Assembly (NCBI GenBank): GCA_965219455.1 | Contig: OZ244744.1 | Span: forward strand, 3,328,001 to 3,392,000 | Origin: Candidatus Latescibacterota bacterium | GTDB lineage: Bacteria; Latescibacterota; UBA2968; GCA-2709665 | Length of the DNA stretch: 64,000 bases | Direction: 5' to 3' | Part shown: piece after piece, positions 47,783-60,100 of the stretch | How positions within the stretch are numbered: position 1 is the stretch's first letter | Layout: every line of letters starts with the position of its first letter | Notes under the pieces: model-generated | The model's database searches: none | What the model was told of the DNA's origin: nothing | What the model saw: only the letters and a program-made list of their open reading frames with translations | Position numbers and translations under genes: made by a program

Positions 47783-47876
47783 GCCGGCCTCCTTGGTATT
47801 GTGGGTGCCACGGCTTCCCTGCCAGGGCCCGCACAGTTCCTTTCGTTCCGGTCCTGCGTTTTTCGGTTCCGCGTTG

Positions 47877-49538
47877 CTAGGCGATCTCCAGCGTCAATTC
47901 ATACCGATCCATGCCCTCTGAAAATGGCAGCACCAGCGCCAGCCGCGCCTCTCCAATCTGTGCCTCTCCCGCCTTGGTATAGGGGTTGTGCGGCAGCGCC
48001 GGCCAAACAAGCCTCGCGCCCGACGGGAGTGACAGTCGCCAGCCCGCGTGTTCGAACCAGGCGCCATCCGCACCGTTCCATTCCACGGCATCCGCCCCCA
48101 ATTCAACGCATTCGCCCGACGACGACCGAAGTTCTTCTTCCAGATGCGGGAGTAGCGTCACGTGCCCTTGCATGCTCATTCCGGAGTTGCCTGCCACCTC
48201 GTAGACCAGAAGCAGTTGCATCTCCCCCTGCGGCGCAAGCGTCACGGTTCCCACATTCTCTCCATAGTGCAGTTCAACCCCCGGGCGCTCATCGTCTTTG
48301 AGGATTTCCGCCCTGTCCGGGATATGCGCCAGCCCGTCAAACGGGCCGAAGTCCGGTTCGATATCCCCAGGCGTATGTCGCATCAGCGATGTATCCCCCA
48401 CGGCGAACGTACTCCACAGCGGCTGCAGCTTGGTATTGCCGCCCCCGGCAATCAACCCGGTTTTCTCGTGGAATAAACTGACGAAATTCTGCCGGTCCTG
48501 CCGGAACCGATTCTCATTAAGCGGACAACAATAGGCCGACAGACTCAGGAACCACGGCTTGCGCGAGACGATCAGCGAATCGCCACCCATCGCGTACGTA
48601 TGCCGCTCCCGGTCGGCCGCAGTCTCCTCAATTTCCCCTTCGCCCCCGTAAAGCAGCATGTGGGAGGCATAGTCAACGTCGAACGTCCCGCCGTTCTCCA
48701 GAAACAACCGATGTTGACGGGCCAGATATCCTCTTCCCGGAGCGGTGTGGCTGAACCCCGGATTGCCCAGGCGAACGCCGTCTTTGTACACATTGCGCTC
48801 GTCCACCGTCTCCACCACGCTCCCGTCCGGATAAATGTAATTGGAATGAAACCGCGCCGCTTTCTCAAGCGCCTCCAGCACGCGTCCATCCCCCGACATC
48901 TTGTAATAAATGCCCATTGCATCCGAATACACGTAGTTGTAGGACACGACCGGCCCCACGTTTTCGGTCCACCACCCGTACGAGGACTGCGCCGCCACGA
49001 CCTCGTGGATGAATTCCTGCGCCTGCGTCTTCCAATCCTGGCGCTCAAACACCATCCCGGCGCAATAGAGCGACATTGCGTGGTGGGTGGGAATATTGTG
49101 AATCCGATGCAGGCACGTCTGCGAAACACCCTCGAATCCCAGCATCAATGCCTCGTTCCATCGGGCGCGCGCCTGGCCGTCCATCCCCTCCCGAACCAGC
49201 TGATACGCGTGAATCCAACGGCTGTACGTCCAGGGCATGTAAATTTGCCCCCACTCCGAATAGTCCTTCTTCAAAAACGTCCACATCCCGGCCTCGTCCT
49301 GGGCCTCAATCAGCGCATCGCCGCCGCGCACAATTGCCGCCAGGACCTCCTCATTCCCTTTATAAGGACTATTATCAAGCGTCCAGGCCGCGGCCAGCGG
49401 CAAGATCAGATGCTGGTCCAGGCAGGTCCAGGGCTCCGTGCCAAATCGTCCATCTTTCCGTTGATCCGCGAGAATTCCGGTCACCGCATCCAGCAACGCC
49501 TCCGACATTTCAGGCTCGATTTTCCACAGGTTTGCCAT
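47877..49538 (-). CDS. Hypothetical alpha/alpha-toroid + beta-sandwich protein (polysaccharide lyase-like)
   Basis: IHNIPTHH...WK..A..., [15 protein letters not shown] and PDGS..ET.DERN resemble lyase-like toroids. Start uncertain. Confidence 0.55.
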   Translation of the reverse strand: MANLWKIEPEMSEALLDAVTGILADQRKDGRFGTEPWTCLDQHLILPLAAAWTLDNSPYKGNEEVLAAIVRGGDALIEAQDEAGMWTFLKKDYSEWGQIYMPWTYSRWIHAYQLVREGMDGQARARWNEALMLGFEGVSQTCLHRIHNIPTHHAMSLYCAGMVFERQDWKTQAQEFIHEVVAAQSSYGWWTENVGPVVSYNYVYSDAMGIYYKMSGDGRVLEALEKAARFHSNYIYPDGSVVETVDERNVYKDGVRLGNPGFSHTAPGRGYLARQHRLFLENGGTFDVDYASHMLLYGGEGEIEETAADRERHTYAMGGDSLIVSRKPWFLSLSAYCCPLNENRFRQDRQNFVSLFHEKTGLIAGGGNTKLQPLWSTFAVGDTSLMRHTPGDIEPDFGPFDGLAHIPDRAEILKDDERPGVELHYGENVGTVTLAPQGEMQLLLVYEVAGNSGMSMQGHVTLLPHLEEELRSSSGECVELGADAVEWNGADGAWFEHAGWRLSLPSGARLVWPALPHNPYTKAGEAQIGEARLALVLPFSEGMDRYELTLEIA

Positions 49539-49616
49539 TTCTTTCATGCCTTTCGCGGTCAAGTTCAAGATAGGCAACCCCATGCGGGGCTTACCACCCT
49601 CTGGGTCGGACGACGT

Positions 49617-50111
49617 TCAGGAACCGGTGGCAAAGGACTCCTCCAGCACGTCCAGGCGGTAGTCCATCATGCGGTCGCCGTCGAAGATCCAGTAGCCGGA
49701 GAACCGCTGCCCGGCCACCAGCAGCGGCAGCCACAGGCGGTCGTCCTCCCACATCCGGTCGAACGGGATGGCATCCAGATCGACCCACAGCGGGACCGCT
49801 TCATCTGTCTCAACCGGGGTCCCGTGCAAACCCGAGGCGCGGTAGACGTGGACGTATGTAGAGTACCCGTCCACAAACTGGAAGCGATGCTCCCCCACGC
49901 GAACGGGATTCACCGCGGTGACGCCGAGTTCTTCGCGCAGTTCGCGCATCGCGGCGGCCTCCGGCGCTTCCCCCGGCTCGAGGCGTCCGCCCAGCCCGCG
50001 TTTCTTGTGGATCAACAAAATTTGGCCACCGCGGATCACGAAGATGAGCGTGGCCGGGTCCACGGCCGTCCACGTGGTCCAGTCGATCTCCGAAACGCGC
50101 GTTGAATGCAT
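49617..50111 (-). CDS. MTH1/MutT-like Nudix hydrolase with apparent in-frame deletion
   Basis: Nudix box GRLEPGEAPEAAAMRELREELG; ETDEA.P.W and IPFDRMWEDDRLWLP. Confidence 0.85.
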   Translation of the reverse strand: MHSTRVSEIDWTTWTAVDPATLIFVIRGGQILLIHKKRGLGGRLEPGEAPEAAAMRELREELGVTAVNPVRVGEHRFQFVDGYSTYVHVYRASGLHGTPVETDEAVPLWVDLDAIPFDRMWEDDRLWLPLLVAGQRFSGYWIFDGDRMMDYRLDVLEESFATGS

Positions 50112-50159
50112 GGGAACTCCCGGCCTTCCGGGGTGTGCGTCGCCCGCGTTCCTGCGCGG

Positions 50160-51959
50160 TTACAATATCTGGGCAGCCATCAACCGGTGTCCGGAAGAGA
50201 AATATATGTCATTCCCCACGATCGGTCCGGCCGCCCCGTGCCCTCCCAAGCTCTCGTCAAATTTCACGATGACGTCTACGGAGAGCGAATCGGGATCCAA
50301 CCGGTAGATCAGGGTATGGGTCAAACCGTAAATCTGTCCGTCGGGTCCCAGTTGCAACCCGTTGTCCACCGGGCCGCCCTCGGGGGCAGATATCCGATCC
50401 GTGAACGCCCGCTCCCTCGGATCGAACACGAAAATCTCCGGGCCGCGTTCTTCACCACTGAACGTCCCGAAAAGCCGCCCGTCCGGAACGGCAACGAGTG
50501 CATTGAAGATCTTCACCGGCGGATCCGGCGTACCCTCCCAGACTTTCTCTTCTTCTTCGTAGTCGAAGAGGAAAAGCACCGCCTCGTCCACCCGGGGCTG
50601 CGTCCCGCTCCCTGCGCTGATGGTCGTGCCGACGGCGATCAGTGCTTCCGCCTCCAGATGCGCCAGGGTATAGCAGCTTCCGTCCCCCACAATCCGATAG
50701 AACGCCTTTTTCTCCTCTGTTTCCGGGTGGTAGTATGAAAGCGGCCCGCCCCACCTCCCGTAGTCCGGAATCGATGCCAGCCAGACCTTTCCGCCTGGGC
50801 CCCCCAGCGTCGAACGCGGCCGGTACGATATGTTGTCCACCCGCCCTATGTCCCATGGATTGCTGCCGCGGCTTTCGCCGAAATGGTACGGCTGAGACGG
50901 ATCGTAAATGGAGATTCTCGCACCCGGGTATGACGAGATGTAGATTTTTCCGTCCAGATTCGCCATCGAATACGCCTCGCCGGTGGCGGTCGAACAGATG
51001 CCCAGGTCCGTCAGGTCATCCTTACCGGGATCGTATTGGAACAGCCGCTCCGGCAGGACGCTGGATCCGTACACGCAGCCATCCGGACCGCCGTGCAAAC
51101 AGAAGATATCGGTACCGGCCGCCTCAAATTCGATGTTGAAGGTCTTCGCCGCCCCGTCGGGGCCCGTTACCTCGAGAATTCGACACGTCTGCTCCACCGC
51201 GTCCACGAACCGGAAGGTACTGCCGTCCGGCAGGGTGGGCCTGACGCCTTCCGCGGGGACGGTCTCATCCACCGGGACGGCATCCATGCCCTCCAGGCGG
51301 AAATTCCCTTCGCTCGACTCGATGTACAGGTTGCCATCCTCCCCCCGGTGAAGGGTCAGCGTCCCTTCGCCGCGAGTCACGACCGGCCCCACCGTCCGTT
51401 TTTCACCCGTCTTCGGATCCAGGACCACAACGTGCGGCCGGGTCTGCATGATCATCGACGCGACCGTATCGCCGGTATTCACGTAGCAGTAGGCGTACAT
51501 ATCCACTTCGTCCAGCCGTCCGTACCGGGTAAACTCCCCGTTGTCCGGATTAAAGCTCGTCAGATCCGCGGTGCCATAGCTGGAAATCCAAATGAGTCCC
51601 CGTGAGTCCTCGTCGATGCTGCACGGAAAGATAGCCGCCTTTTCATTAATGGTGCCGAAATTCACCAGATCGTCCTGCTCGGGATCAAAACAGTACAGCT
51701 GCCCCGAGTGCGCCGCCCCGATATAGAGCCGTCCGTTACGTGCCTGATAGACGGCGGTGGTGTAGTTCGAGTCGGGAACGTCCGGCCAGAACTGACGCAA
51801 CCGCCCCGTTTCCGGATCGATCTGCAATACGAAAAGATTCGCGGCCTGCTGCGACATCGTCGCATACAGACACGGTTCACCGGCACCGTTTCGCCCCGCA
51901 AACAACTGCGCGCGGTTTACCGCGCGAACCGGAATACCAACCTCCCTCACCTGCGACAT
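50160..51959 (-). CDS. Beta-propeller repeat protein
   Basis: Repeated GxDGxxYxx and YDP motifs throughout. No signal peptide. Confidence 0.7.
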   Translation of the reverse strand: MSQVREVGIPVRAVNRAQLFAGRNGAGEPCLYATMSQQAANLFVLQIDPETGRLRQFWPDVPDSNYTTAVYQARNGRLYIGAAHSGQLYCFDPEQDDLVNFGTINEKAAIFPCSIDEDSRGLIWISSYGTADLTSFNPDNGEFTRYGRLDEVDMYAYCYVNTGDTVASMIMQTRPHVVVLDPKTGEKRTVGPVVTRGEGTLTLHRGEDGNLYIESSEGNFRLEGMDAVPVDETVPAEGVRPTLPDGSTFRFVDAVEQTCRILEVTGPDGAAKTFNIEFEAAGTDIFCLHGGPDGCVYGSSVLPERLFQYDPGKDDLTDLGICSTATGEAYSMANLDGKIYISSYPGARISIYDPSQPYHFGESRGSNPWDIGRVDNISYRPRSTLGGPGGKVWLASIPDYGRWGGPLSYYHPETEEKKAFYRIVGDGSCYTLAHLEAEALIAVGTTISAGSGTQPRVDEAVLFLFDYEEEEKVWEGTPDPPVKIFNALVAVPDGRLFGTFSGEERGPEIFVFDPRERAFTDRISAPEGGPVDNGLQLGPDGQIYGLTHTLIYRLDPDSLSVDVIVKFDESLGGHGAAGPIVGNDIYFSSGHRLMAAQIL

Positions 51960-52353
51960 GTCAACCTCCTCCGAAAGTCCGACAATTCTAGCCCATGGAC
52001 GACTCTCAACCTGACGCCCGGGCCATGGAACCAGGGTGCGGTATCGCGAACCGCAGAGACTTCGAGATCAACCGGGATATCACACGGAATCGCCAGACAA
52101 AGTCATCCGGGCAAAAATTCGTGCGCCCCGGTCGTTCCTGATTTCCGCCAATATTGATTTTTCCCCGGACCGTGTCAAGACCCTTCTCAACCCCTGATCC
52201 CCCACTCAATTCACCCTCGACGTTGCGTTGTTGGAGAAATTCAGATTTCGCCGTACCTTCGCAGAACGCAGTTGGGACCGCCCGCCGTGGAATAATGGCC
52301 GGGTCTGCGTTCGGTGCACTGAGGTGTCGTGATTTATCGAACAGGAGACCGTT

Positions 52354-53226
52354 ATGAAAGAGCTCCGGGGTATCTGCGCGGCTCTATGCACCCCCTTTAC
52401 CGGTGACGGCGAACAGATCGACGAAAACGCGCTGAGAATACATATCGACTCCATGCTGGAAGCCGGCGTCCACAGTATCCTCATCAACGGCGGCACGGGT
52501 GAGTTCGCCTGTCTGCGACCTCAGGAACGCAGGCGACTCGCCGAACTCGCTGCCGAACACCTCGATGGCAGGGCCGACTTTGTGGCCATGGCCTCGGCGG
52601 TCAGCACGTCGGAGACGATAGAATACGCCAAACACGCCGAGGGCGTGGGTGCCGACTGCCTGCTTGTGCTACCGCCCTATTTTGAAGGTCCCGACATGGA
52701 AGGCGTGTACGCGCACTATGGGGAAATCTCCGAATCCGTCAGCACGCCGATTATGGTTTACAACATCCCCGTCCACACGGGCATCGATATTTCCCCGGCC
52801 TTCTTCAAACGCCTCATGGAAATCGAGAACATTCGATATATCAAGGACAGCACGGCGGACATTCTACGTATCCAGGAACTGCTCGCCATCGGCGCCGAGG
52901 TCTTCAACGGAGGGGACCCCATCGCCTTCTTCAGCCTGGTTGCAGGATGCCCGGGTTGCGTATGGGGTGCGGTCAACGCCATGCCGAAAGAGGCCGTCAA
53001 TCTCTACAACCTGGTCGCTGCGGGAGAACTCACGGAAGCCCGGGACCTCTGGCGTCGCATGTTTCCCGCCAACCGCTTTTTCTGGACCCACGTTTACAAC
53101 GCCTCTGTAAAAGCCGCCACCAACCTCTCCGGCAGACGCGTGGGTCCCTGCCGCAAGCCCGTACAGCCGCTCACGGAAGCCGAAATGGCGGAACTCAGAG
53201 ACGCCATGAAGCCGCTGCTGACATAA
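52354..53226 (+). CDS. DHDPS/NAL family aldolase
   Basis: TPF, GGTGEF, PPYF, YNIP and IKDS. Confidence 0.9.
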   Translation: MKELRGICAALCTPFTGDGEQIDENALRIHIDSMLEAGVHSILINGGTGEFACLRPQERRRLAELAAEHLDGRADFVAMASAVSTSETIEYAKHAEGVGADCLLVLPPYFEGPDMEGVYAHYGEISESVSTPIMVYNIPVHTGIDISPAFFKRLMEIENIRYIKDSTADILRIQELLAIGAEVFNGGDPIAFFSLVAGCPGCVWGAVNAMPKEAVNLYNLVAAGELTEARDLWRRMFPANRFFWTHVYNASVKAATNLSGRRVGPCRKPVQPLTEAEMAELRDAMKPLLT

Positions 53227-53305
53227 ATCAGGGTGCATCAAGATGCGCCCTGATTCCAACCACTACGCTGGGTGATTCCAGCCAGCCGTCCTCGACGTCC
53301 GACAG

Positions 53306-53701
53306 CTAAGTGAGATTGATGGTTCCACCCGGCGGAGGCGCGCCCGGCAGTCCGCCCGCGCCCGGCGCCACAATCCGGGAGGACTCCTGGCGCCGCTTTT
53401 CCTTGGCCTCCTCCATCATATCTTCCACGGCTCGCGCCAGCGCCTGCGGAAACTTCCGGAGCGCCTCTTCCAGATCTGCGGCCTCAATGTTGCATTGCAC
53501 GGGGAGCGGACCCATCTGGGACATCAGATGGGTCTGTCCGACAAACACCTGACGCCGGGTCCCATCGGGCGTTCCATCCGGCTTCACCGGAACCAATCTG
53601 CGGATGGACGCCACCTTCAGGTCAGTATAGTTCTCTTCCCGATACAGGTTGTTCCGATCAACCTGTATGTCGCTCAACGGCTGCTGCTCGTTCCGGTTCA
53701 C
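53306..53701 (-). CDS. Conserved hypothetical cytoplasmic protein
   Basis: NLYREE.YTDLKVASIRRLVPVKPDG.PD..R and SSRIV.PG. GGAG RBS before a GTG start. Confidence 0.75.
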   Translation of the reverse strand: MNRNEQQPLSDIQVDRNNLYREENYTDLKVASIRRLVPVKPDGTPDGTRRQVFVGQTHLMSQMGPLPVQCNIEAADLEEALRKFPQALARAVEDMMEEAKEKRRQESSRIVAPGAGGLPGAPPPGGTINLT

Positions 53702-53835
53702 GCACAATCTCCTTTCAGCTTAATGAATTCGTATCCATCTGCTGTGCCGTACTTCCGAGTAAAGGACAAGGGTTCGGCGTCACCCGGATTCCACGTGACT
53801 GGCAACGTCCTCAGGAACCCCCTCCGGCGCTCGTC

Positions 53836-54522
53836 TCACCGGAATTTCGCCGGCCAGAACACCTCAGGCGCCGCCGTGAACGTCATCTCCTCCTTCCGGG
53901 TCGGATGCGACAGCGTGAGGGCACGCGCATGGAGCGCCAGGCTCTTTTCCGGAAACCCGATTCTCGCGCCGTACCGGAAATCGCCGACAACGGGATGCCC
54001 GCGGTGCGCGAACTGTACCCGGATCTGATGATGTCTGCCCGTTTTCGGCCGGACCTCCACCCACGATATTCCCCGTTCGAACCGCAATCGACGGAACCCG
54101 AGCACCGCCTCCTGCCCCCTTTCGGACACCGTACTCGAAGGTCCGGCGCGCAACAGCGTATCCACCATGCGGCCCTCACGGGGCGTTTTCCCCTCCACCA
54201 GCGCCCAGTAGATCTTTCCAATCCGACGGGCTCGAAACTGTTCCGAAAGCCTGGCAGCCGCCTTGGACGTCCGGGCAAAGACCATGACCCCGGATGTCGG
54301 CCGGTCCAGCCGATGCACCAGCCCCAGAAAGGCATCGCCCGGTTTGTTGAACGCCGCCTTCACGTACGCCTTGCCGTATTCCAGCAGCGACCGGTCGCCC
54401 GTGCGGTCTCCCTGTGCAAGCATTCCCGCGGGTTTCCGGACCACCAGCAGGTGGTTGTCGATATAGATGACGTCGAGATTCGGGGCGGTTGAATCCGCAT
54501 TCGACCGCATAGGCGCCAACAT
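53836..54522 (-). CDS. RluA family pseudouridine synthase
   Basis: KPAG, VHRLDRPTSG, TGRHHQIRVQ, GD.RYG and LHA. Confidence 0.93.
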   Translation of the reverse strand: MLAPMRSNADSTAPNLDVIYIDNHLLVVRKPAGMLAQGDRTGDRSLLEYGKAYVKAAFNKPGDAFLGLVHRLDRPTSGVMVFARTSKAAARLSEQFRARRIGKIYWALVEGKTPREGRMVDTLLRAGPSSTVSERGQEAVLGFRRLRFERGISWVEVRPKTGRHHQIRVQFAHRGHPVVGDFRYGARIGFPEKSLALHARALTLSHPTRKEEMTFTAAPEVFWPAKFR

Positions 54523-54591
54523 CCTGTGCTGTTGTGGTCCCCCTTCCGGGGGAATACGGAACTCTCGTTAGGTTTGGTCCCGGCAGTCTTT

Positions 54592-55959
54592 CTATCGCAC
54601 TCTGTTCAGCCCGTTGAGCGCCGCCACGCGGTATGCTTCGGCCATTGTCGGATAGTTGAACGTTGTGTTGATGAAGTACATCAGCGTATTGCCGCCGCCT
54701 TTCTGGGCCATAATCGCCTGGCCGATGTGGACAATTTCCGATGCCTCGGATCCGAAACAATGAATGCCCAGAATCTCCAACGTCTCCCGATGAAACAGTA
54801 TTTTCAACATCCCGGTGGTCCGACCCGTGATCTGCGCCCGGGCAAGGTGTCTGAACGACGCGTGTCCAACCTCATAGGGAATCTTTTTCGACGTCAATTC
54901 CTGCTCCGTCAGCCCCACCGAACTGATTTCCGGAAGCGTGTAGATCCCCGTCGGGATGTCTTTGACCAGATGCGCCTCGCATTCCCCGAATATCAGATGA
55001 GTGGACGCGAACCGCCCCTGGTCGTATGCCGCGCTGGCCAGGTTGGGATACCCCACCACGTCGCCCACCGCGTAGATGTGGCTCTGAGCCGTCTGGTAGT
55101 ATTCATTCACGACTACATTGCCCCTGTAGTCACACTGGATGCCGATCTCCTCCAGACCCATCCCATCCGAATTTCCCGTTCGGCCCTGCGCCCAGAACAG
55201 GCAGTCGCTGAGGATTTCCTTATTGGATTTGAGGTGCAGGCGCACGCCGTGATCGTCCGCCACAACCCCTTCGTACTCCTCGTTGTGTCTGATTAGCACC
55301 CCCTGTTCACGCAGGTGATAGCTCAGCGCATCCACGATCTCGTCGTCCAGGAAGGCCAGCAGACGGTCCAGGCTGTTAATCAGGTTCACCTTGATCTGCA
55401 GACCTCTGAAAATGGATGCATACTCGCAGCCGATCACTCCCGCTCCGTAGATTGTCACCGACCTGGGATGTTCCTGAAACGCCACTATCGAATCGCTGTC
55501 CACAATGCGCGGATGCGAGAAATCCACGTCCGGCGGGTGGTATGGCCGTGCACCGGTGGCAATGACGAATCCGTCCGCGCGGTAACGCCGCACACCCCCG
55601 TTTTGCAGAAGGACCTGAATTCCATGACTGTCCTCGAACGCGGCGCGCCCGTGGATCACATCCACAAAATTCCTGGTGTAGAATCCCTGGCGCAGGTCGA
55701 CCTGCTGACGAATCACGCCCTCCGCCGTCTGCAAAAGATCCTGAAACCGGGAGTCGTTGTACTGACCGGTATCTACGAGCTTCTGGATGGCGTGCCTCAA
55801 CGCCTTGCTGGGAATGGTGGTCTGATGGGTGCAACTTCCGCCCACCGAGGGCCGGTTATCCACCACGGCGACCCGCTTCCCCTCCTTGGTCGCCTTCATG
55901 GCCGCGCCCTCTCCACCCGGTCCGCTCCCGATTACGATCACGTCAAAGTGATTTTCCAT
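54592..55959 (-). CDS. sthA: Soluble pyridine nucleotide transhydrogenase
   Basis: [33 protein letters not shown] and [20 protein letters not shown]. Confidence 0.95.
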   Translation of the reverse strand: MENHFDVIVIGSGPGGEGAAMKATKEGKRVAVVDNRPSVGGSCTHQTTIPSKALRHAIQKLVDTGQYNDSRFQDLLQTAEGVIRQQVDLRQGFYTRNFVDVIHGRAAFEDSHGIQVLLQNGGVRRYRADGFVIATGARPYHPPDVDFSHPRIVDSDSIVAFQEHPRSVTIYGAGVIGCEYASIFRGLQIKVNLINSLDRLLAFLDDEIVDALSYHLREQGVLIRHNEEYEGVVADDHGVRLHLKSNKEILSDCLFWAQGRTGNSDGMGLEEIGIQCDYRGNVVVNEYYQTAQSHIYAVGDVVGYPNLASAAYDQGRFASTHLIFGECEAHLVKDIPTGIYTLPEISSVGLTEQELTSKKIPYEVGHASFRHLARAQITGRTTGMLKILFHRETLEILGIHCFGSEASEIVHIGQAIMAQKGGGNTLMYFINTTFNYPTMAEAYRVAALNGLNRVR

Positions 55960-56292
55960 ATCACGCGACTCTGTTCATTGCGTCACGAAAAAACGCTATC
56001 CCGCCGCCTGCCGACCGGCGACACTGACCCCGTTTTGACCCATCCGGGGCTGCCCGCTACCTCCCGGAACCACCGTTAAAAATAAAGGATTGTTGCACGT
56101 AAGATCAAGTTTTCTTTGGATCTTTATAGTCTTGCAGCGGGGGTTCTACGCAAAATAGATACATGTTTGATCATGCTGCGTGTTCAGGGATTCGTGTTAG
56201 TGATAAAGGGTCAAGGGCAGGACGTGGCGTTTACGGCCTGCCTGCCGCGCGCTGTACTCCGTCAGCCTCCATGGGACCCTGTCAAAATCAAT

Positions 56293-56322
56293 AAAAAAGG
56301 CGTCGATTCTTGAACCGACGCC
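56293..56322 (-). terminator. Rho-independent terminator of the csp gene
   Basis: ggcgtcg/cgacgcc stem followed by T6 on the minus strand. Confidence 0.75.
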
Positions 56323-56378
56323 CGTCGAATGCACCCATTGAGGATTCACGTGCGGAGAAAATGGACCGCGGTTAACGG

Positions 56379-56588
56379 CTAGCTCTGCTCCACCTTTGCG
56401 ACGTCTGCGGCCTGGTAGCCCTTGGGGCCCTGCACGACTTCAAAGGATACGACCTCACCTTCGGCCAACGATTTGAATCCATCGCCCTGGATAGCCGAGA
56501 AATGCACAAAGATATCCTCGCCCTCATCCCTTTCGATAAAGCCGTAACCTTTGGCGTCGTTGAACCACTTCACGCGACCTTCTGGCAC
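56379..56588 (-). CDS. Cold-shock protein (CspA family)
   Basis: [22 protein letters not shown] and GFKSL. Confidence 0.96.
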   Translation of the reverse strand: MPEGRVKWFNDAKGYGFIERDEGEDIFVHFSAIQGDGFKSLAEGEVVSFEVVQGPKGYQAADVAKVEQS

Positions 56589-56730
56589 AGTACTTCACCA
56601 CCTTTCAGCGTTAGAAATCGACGAAACCAAAACGGGCAAGGACCGGAACTTCTGATCCTTGCCAGACGTACAACTGGACTGCAAAGGAGACAGAAACTTC
56701 ATCCTTCTACTCCATTCTTCCAGTAGATGC

Positions 56731-56759
56731 ATAATAATTCTTTTTTGTTCAATTGTCAA
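56731..56759 (-). promoter_or_regulatory. Sigma70 promoter of the csp gene
   Basis: TTGACA, 17-bp spacer, TATTAT on the minus strand. Confidence 0.8.
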
Positions 56760-57116
56760 CCTTTTTTGGTCCGTTTTTCGGTACGAGTTTTCCATTCTGT
56801 CCAGGGACAACCGGACCGTTAAGTCCTGTGCGGCCCCGCTCCGCGAAGAATCTTTTCAGGTTATTTGTTTTCAATGAGATATGAATGTCCATTTTCGGAT
56901 CTCGGGATCGGATTCCAGGCCGGACATCGTTGAGATCCCCGAATTCGTCCGGATCGTTCTTTCCTCTTGACAGACGCGGACGCCTTCGCCATTTTGGTTT
57001 TTTACATTGCCACAGGCGTTTCAACCGGGTTTCACCCGGACATCCGGGACGGGACACTGGGCCTCGTCTGCAGAGCAACTTTACCAACGGACTGCTATTC
57101 CCCTTAAGGAGGTCCC

Positions 57117-60100
57117 ATGCCGGCCTGGAACAGCGATGAAGAGAGAGAATGCAGGCGTCGACTGGAAGAACAGAAGGCGAGATACTATCGCAGCGCCGGG
57201 GACGTCGAACACCCTTGCCTCAGTATAAGGGACGACAACCTCAGTATCGCCCGCGCCAATATCCGCCGACACGATTGGGCAAAAAAGCACTACGAGGATC
57301 TGCTCGAACTGGGGGATTACTATGCGCATCGCTCCGATGCCTGGATTGCCCACATGCTCCCGGGGCTGACCCCTGCGCAGATCTACGGGACATTCTGCCC
57401 CGCCTGCGGCGCGGACAACACCTATCGCATGCGATGGATCGATCGCGACCCCGACAAACTGATCTGTTTCCATTGCGACGCCATCATGACCGACGAGGCC
57501 TTTCCCGAAGAGGGTCGCCTCGAACTGCCGCGCTCCGGACAGACCCTCACCTATTACATCCGTCCCGAAGAAAGAAACGACCCTGAATTCACCACGGGCC
57601 GCAGTGCTTACAGCTGGGCCGGGCGCCGCGTCCACTCGTCATATAGCGGCGCCGTCCGGCAGCAGAAAACCCACCGCATGCCCGCTGTGGCGCGCAATCT
57701 GGCCATTCTCTATCGCATGGAAGGCGAGGACCGCTATGCCCGCGCTGCGGCGGCCATCCTGAAACGCTTTGCCGCCGTGTACCCCACCTATCTCTTCCGC
57801 GATTACTGGAACACTTACATGGACTGCGATCCCCTGTACGCCTGCGAACTCATGGCGCGGGACACGGGTATCGCCCGGTACGAAGTCAACCCATGTCCGG
57901 ACCAGAACGCCCGCTCTCCGATGGAGAGCGGAAGACTCATTCAAACGTTCTGGGGTTGCGGGCGCCTTTCGGGCGGCGGCGTGCAGTCCGAAGCCCATTT
58001 CATCTCTATGCTCGCGGAAGCCCTGGATCTGCTCTGGGACGAAAAGGACGGCCATGGACACCTCTACCTGACCGAACAGGAACGCGAACGCATCGTCAAA
58101 GACCTGCTGGTGGAGGGCCTCTTCACGTTCACGCACTGGGAGGGCGTGAACAACAAGGTCGCGGGTTGCCGCGAGGGCGAAGTCGTTCTCGGCCGCTTTC
58201 TGGGCGCCCCGGACGACGTCCATCGGGGCGTCGAGGGTTTTAAACCCTACCTGAAGGGGTTCTTCAAATTCGACGGCAGCACCGCCGAGGGCTCCAGCTA
58301 TTACCTCTACGCCGTGGCCAACGTGCGAAACCTTCCCGAAGTCGCCCACGGGTATTCCGACCCTCCCACGTACCGCGGCAGAGACCGCTACGACGATCTC
58401 AACCTGTATGCCCGCGGCGGCCCCTACCACACCGTACTCCGCGCACGAACCCTGATGACGTTGCCCGACGGTCGCCTGCCCCACGCCGCCGACGCGCGCG
58501 AGGGTCCGTCGGACTGGCCCTATCCCGCGTGGATTCACAACCTGGGTCTCGTGCGTTTGGGCGACGATTTCGCCCCTTTCGTCCGCATGGACACGGGCGA
58601 CGCATTCGCCCTCTTCAACCGGCCCGCGGAACTCGAAGCCACGCCGCCGCCGCCCGTGCGCGACCGGTTCTTCCCCGGCTGGCTGCTGGCAATCTTCAAC
58701 ACCGGCTACGATGGCATGTTCCAGCCCGACCTCACCGGAACGGCCACCTTCCTGATGAACTTTTACAAACCGGAAGGTCATGACCACCCGGACGCCCTCA
58801 ACATCGCCATGACAGCGGAAGGGGTGGAGGTCCTTTCGGACCTGGGATACGTAGGCGACCATCCCCTGAACGCAAGTATCCGAAGCACCCTCAAGCATAA
58901 CCTGGTGGTTGTGGACGAACAGGAACAACTCCTGCGGGACCGCCGACCTCCCGGCAACCTCCGGCTCCTTGCGACGTCGCCGGCCACAAAGATTATCGAA
59001 GCCGACTGCAGAGCCTATGAGCAGGCCGAAACGTACCGCCGTTGTTGCGTCATGATTCACACCGGCACGGGCCCCGCCTACCTGGTCGACGTGTTCCGCG
59101 TCAGGGGCGGCGCCGTCCACGACTACGCCATCCACGGCGAAGGCCGCGTCAGCGCGCCGCCCGCCGATGACCGCCCGATTCCGCTGGAGGAACGTCCCGG
59201 CGTACTCGGAAGAGACATCGAGAAACTCCGCGTGGGCAAGCCAGCGGACCCATGGGCCGTCTCCTGGACCGATTGCGGCATGACCATGCGCGCGCGGCTT
59301 GTATCGCCGGTTGACGAGATCATCCTGGGCGAAGGCCCCGGCCAGCGGGACCATGCTGAAATCGGCGCCCGCCACGACTATCTCTTCGCCCGCAAAGCCG
59401 AAGCCGGCCCCGGGAACACGTTTGTCGCCGTAATCGACCATTTCCGGAAAGACCCTGACATCTGCGAAGTTCAACCTGTTTGTCTTCCCGGCGACGCCAG
59501 CGGACCTGTCGCGCTCCGCATCGGTCGCCGAACCGGCGCCGAAACGGTTATCCAGACCCTGGATCAGGTCGAACGCACCTACGACAACGTCACGTTTGCC
59601 GGTCGCGCCGCCGTTTACACCCGATGCGAGGATGCCCGGCAATCGCTCTTTCTGACGGAAGGCACCCGTTTCGCCTCGCCTGGCCTGACCGTTGCCCTCG
59701 AGGTTGCCGCGATCGAGGGTGACATCGTCGACCGGAACCGCAGGGGCTTCCGGACCGGCAATACCCTCCCGCATCCCGACGCCCTGGTGGATCACTTCGT
59801 CCGGGTCCGTGATCCCGATCAGGGCTGCTGGACGGCTTACCGCATCAGGTCCGCTACCGCCAGCCGAATCGCCGTGGACGAATTTCCCTTCAACGCAGGT
59901 ACCACCTATCATATCCCGTCGCTGTTCCGGATCGAACAGGCCTCGGACGATACGTACCGCGTCCGAACCACAACGCCGGCCCGGCTCTCGATTCGGACAC
60001 CGTACCGGCGGGCTTTCCTCGAAAGCGGAGACGGCGGGCGGACCGAATTGGAGACGCACGAGACAGCCGGTCTGTTGACCCTCACCATCGACCCCACGAC

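Noticed and set aside
51960-52353. Hairpins in the divergent intergenic region (gaacgcag/ctgcgttc) as a riboswitch
   Set aside because: No known aptamer consensus recognised; a single stem is unremarkable at this GC content.
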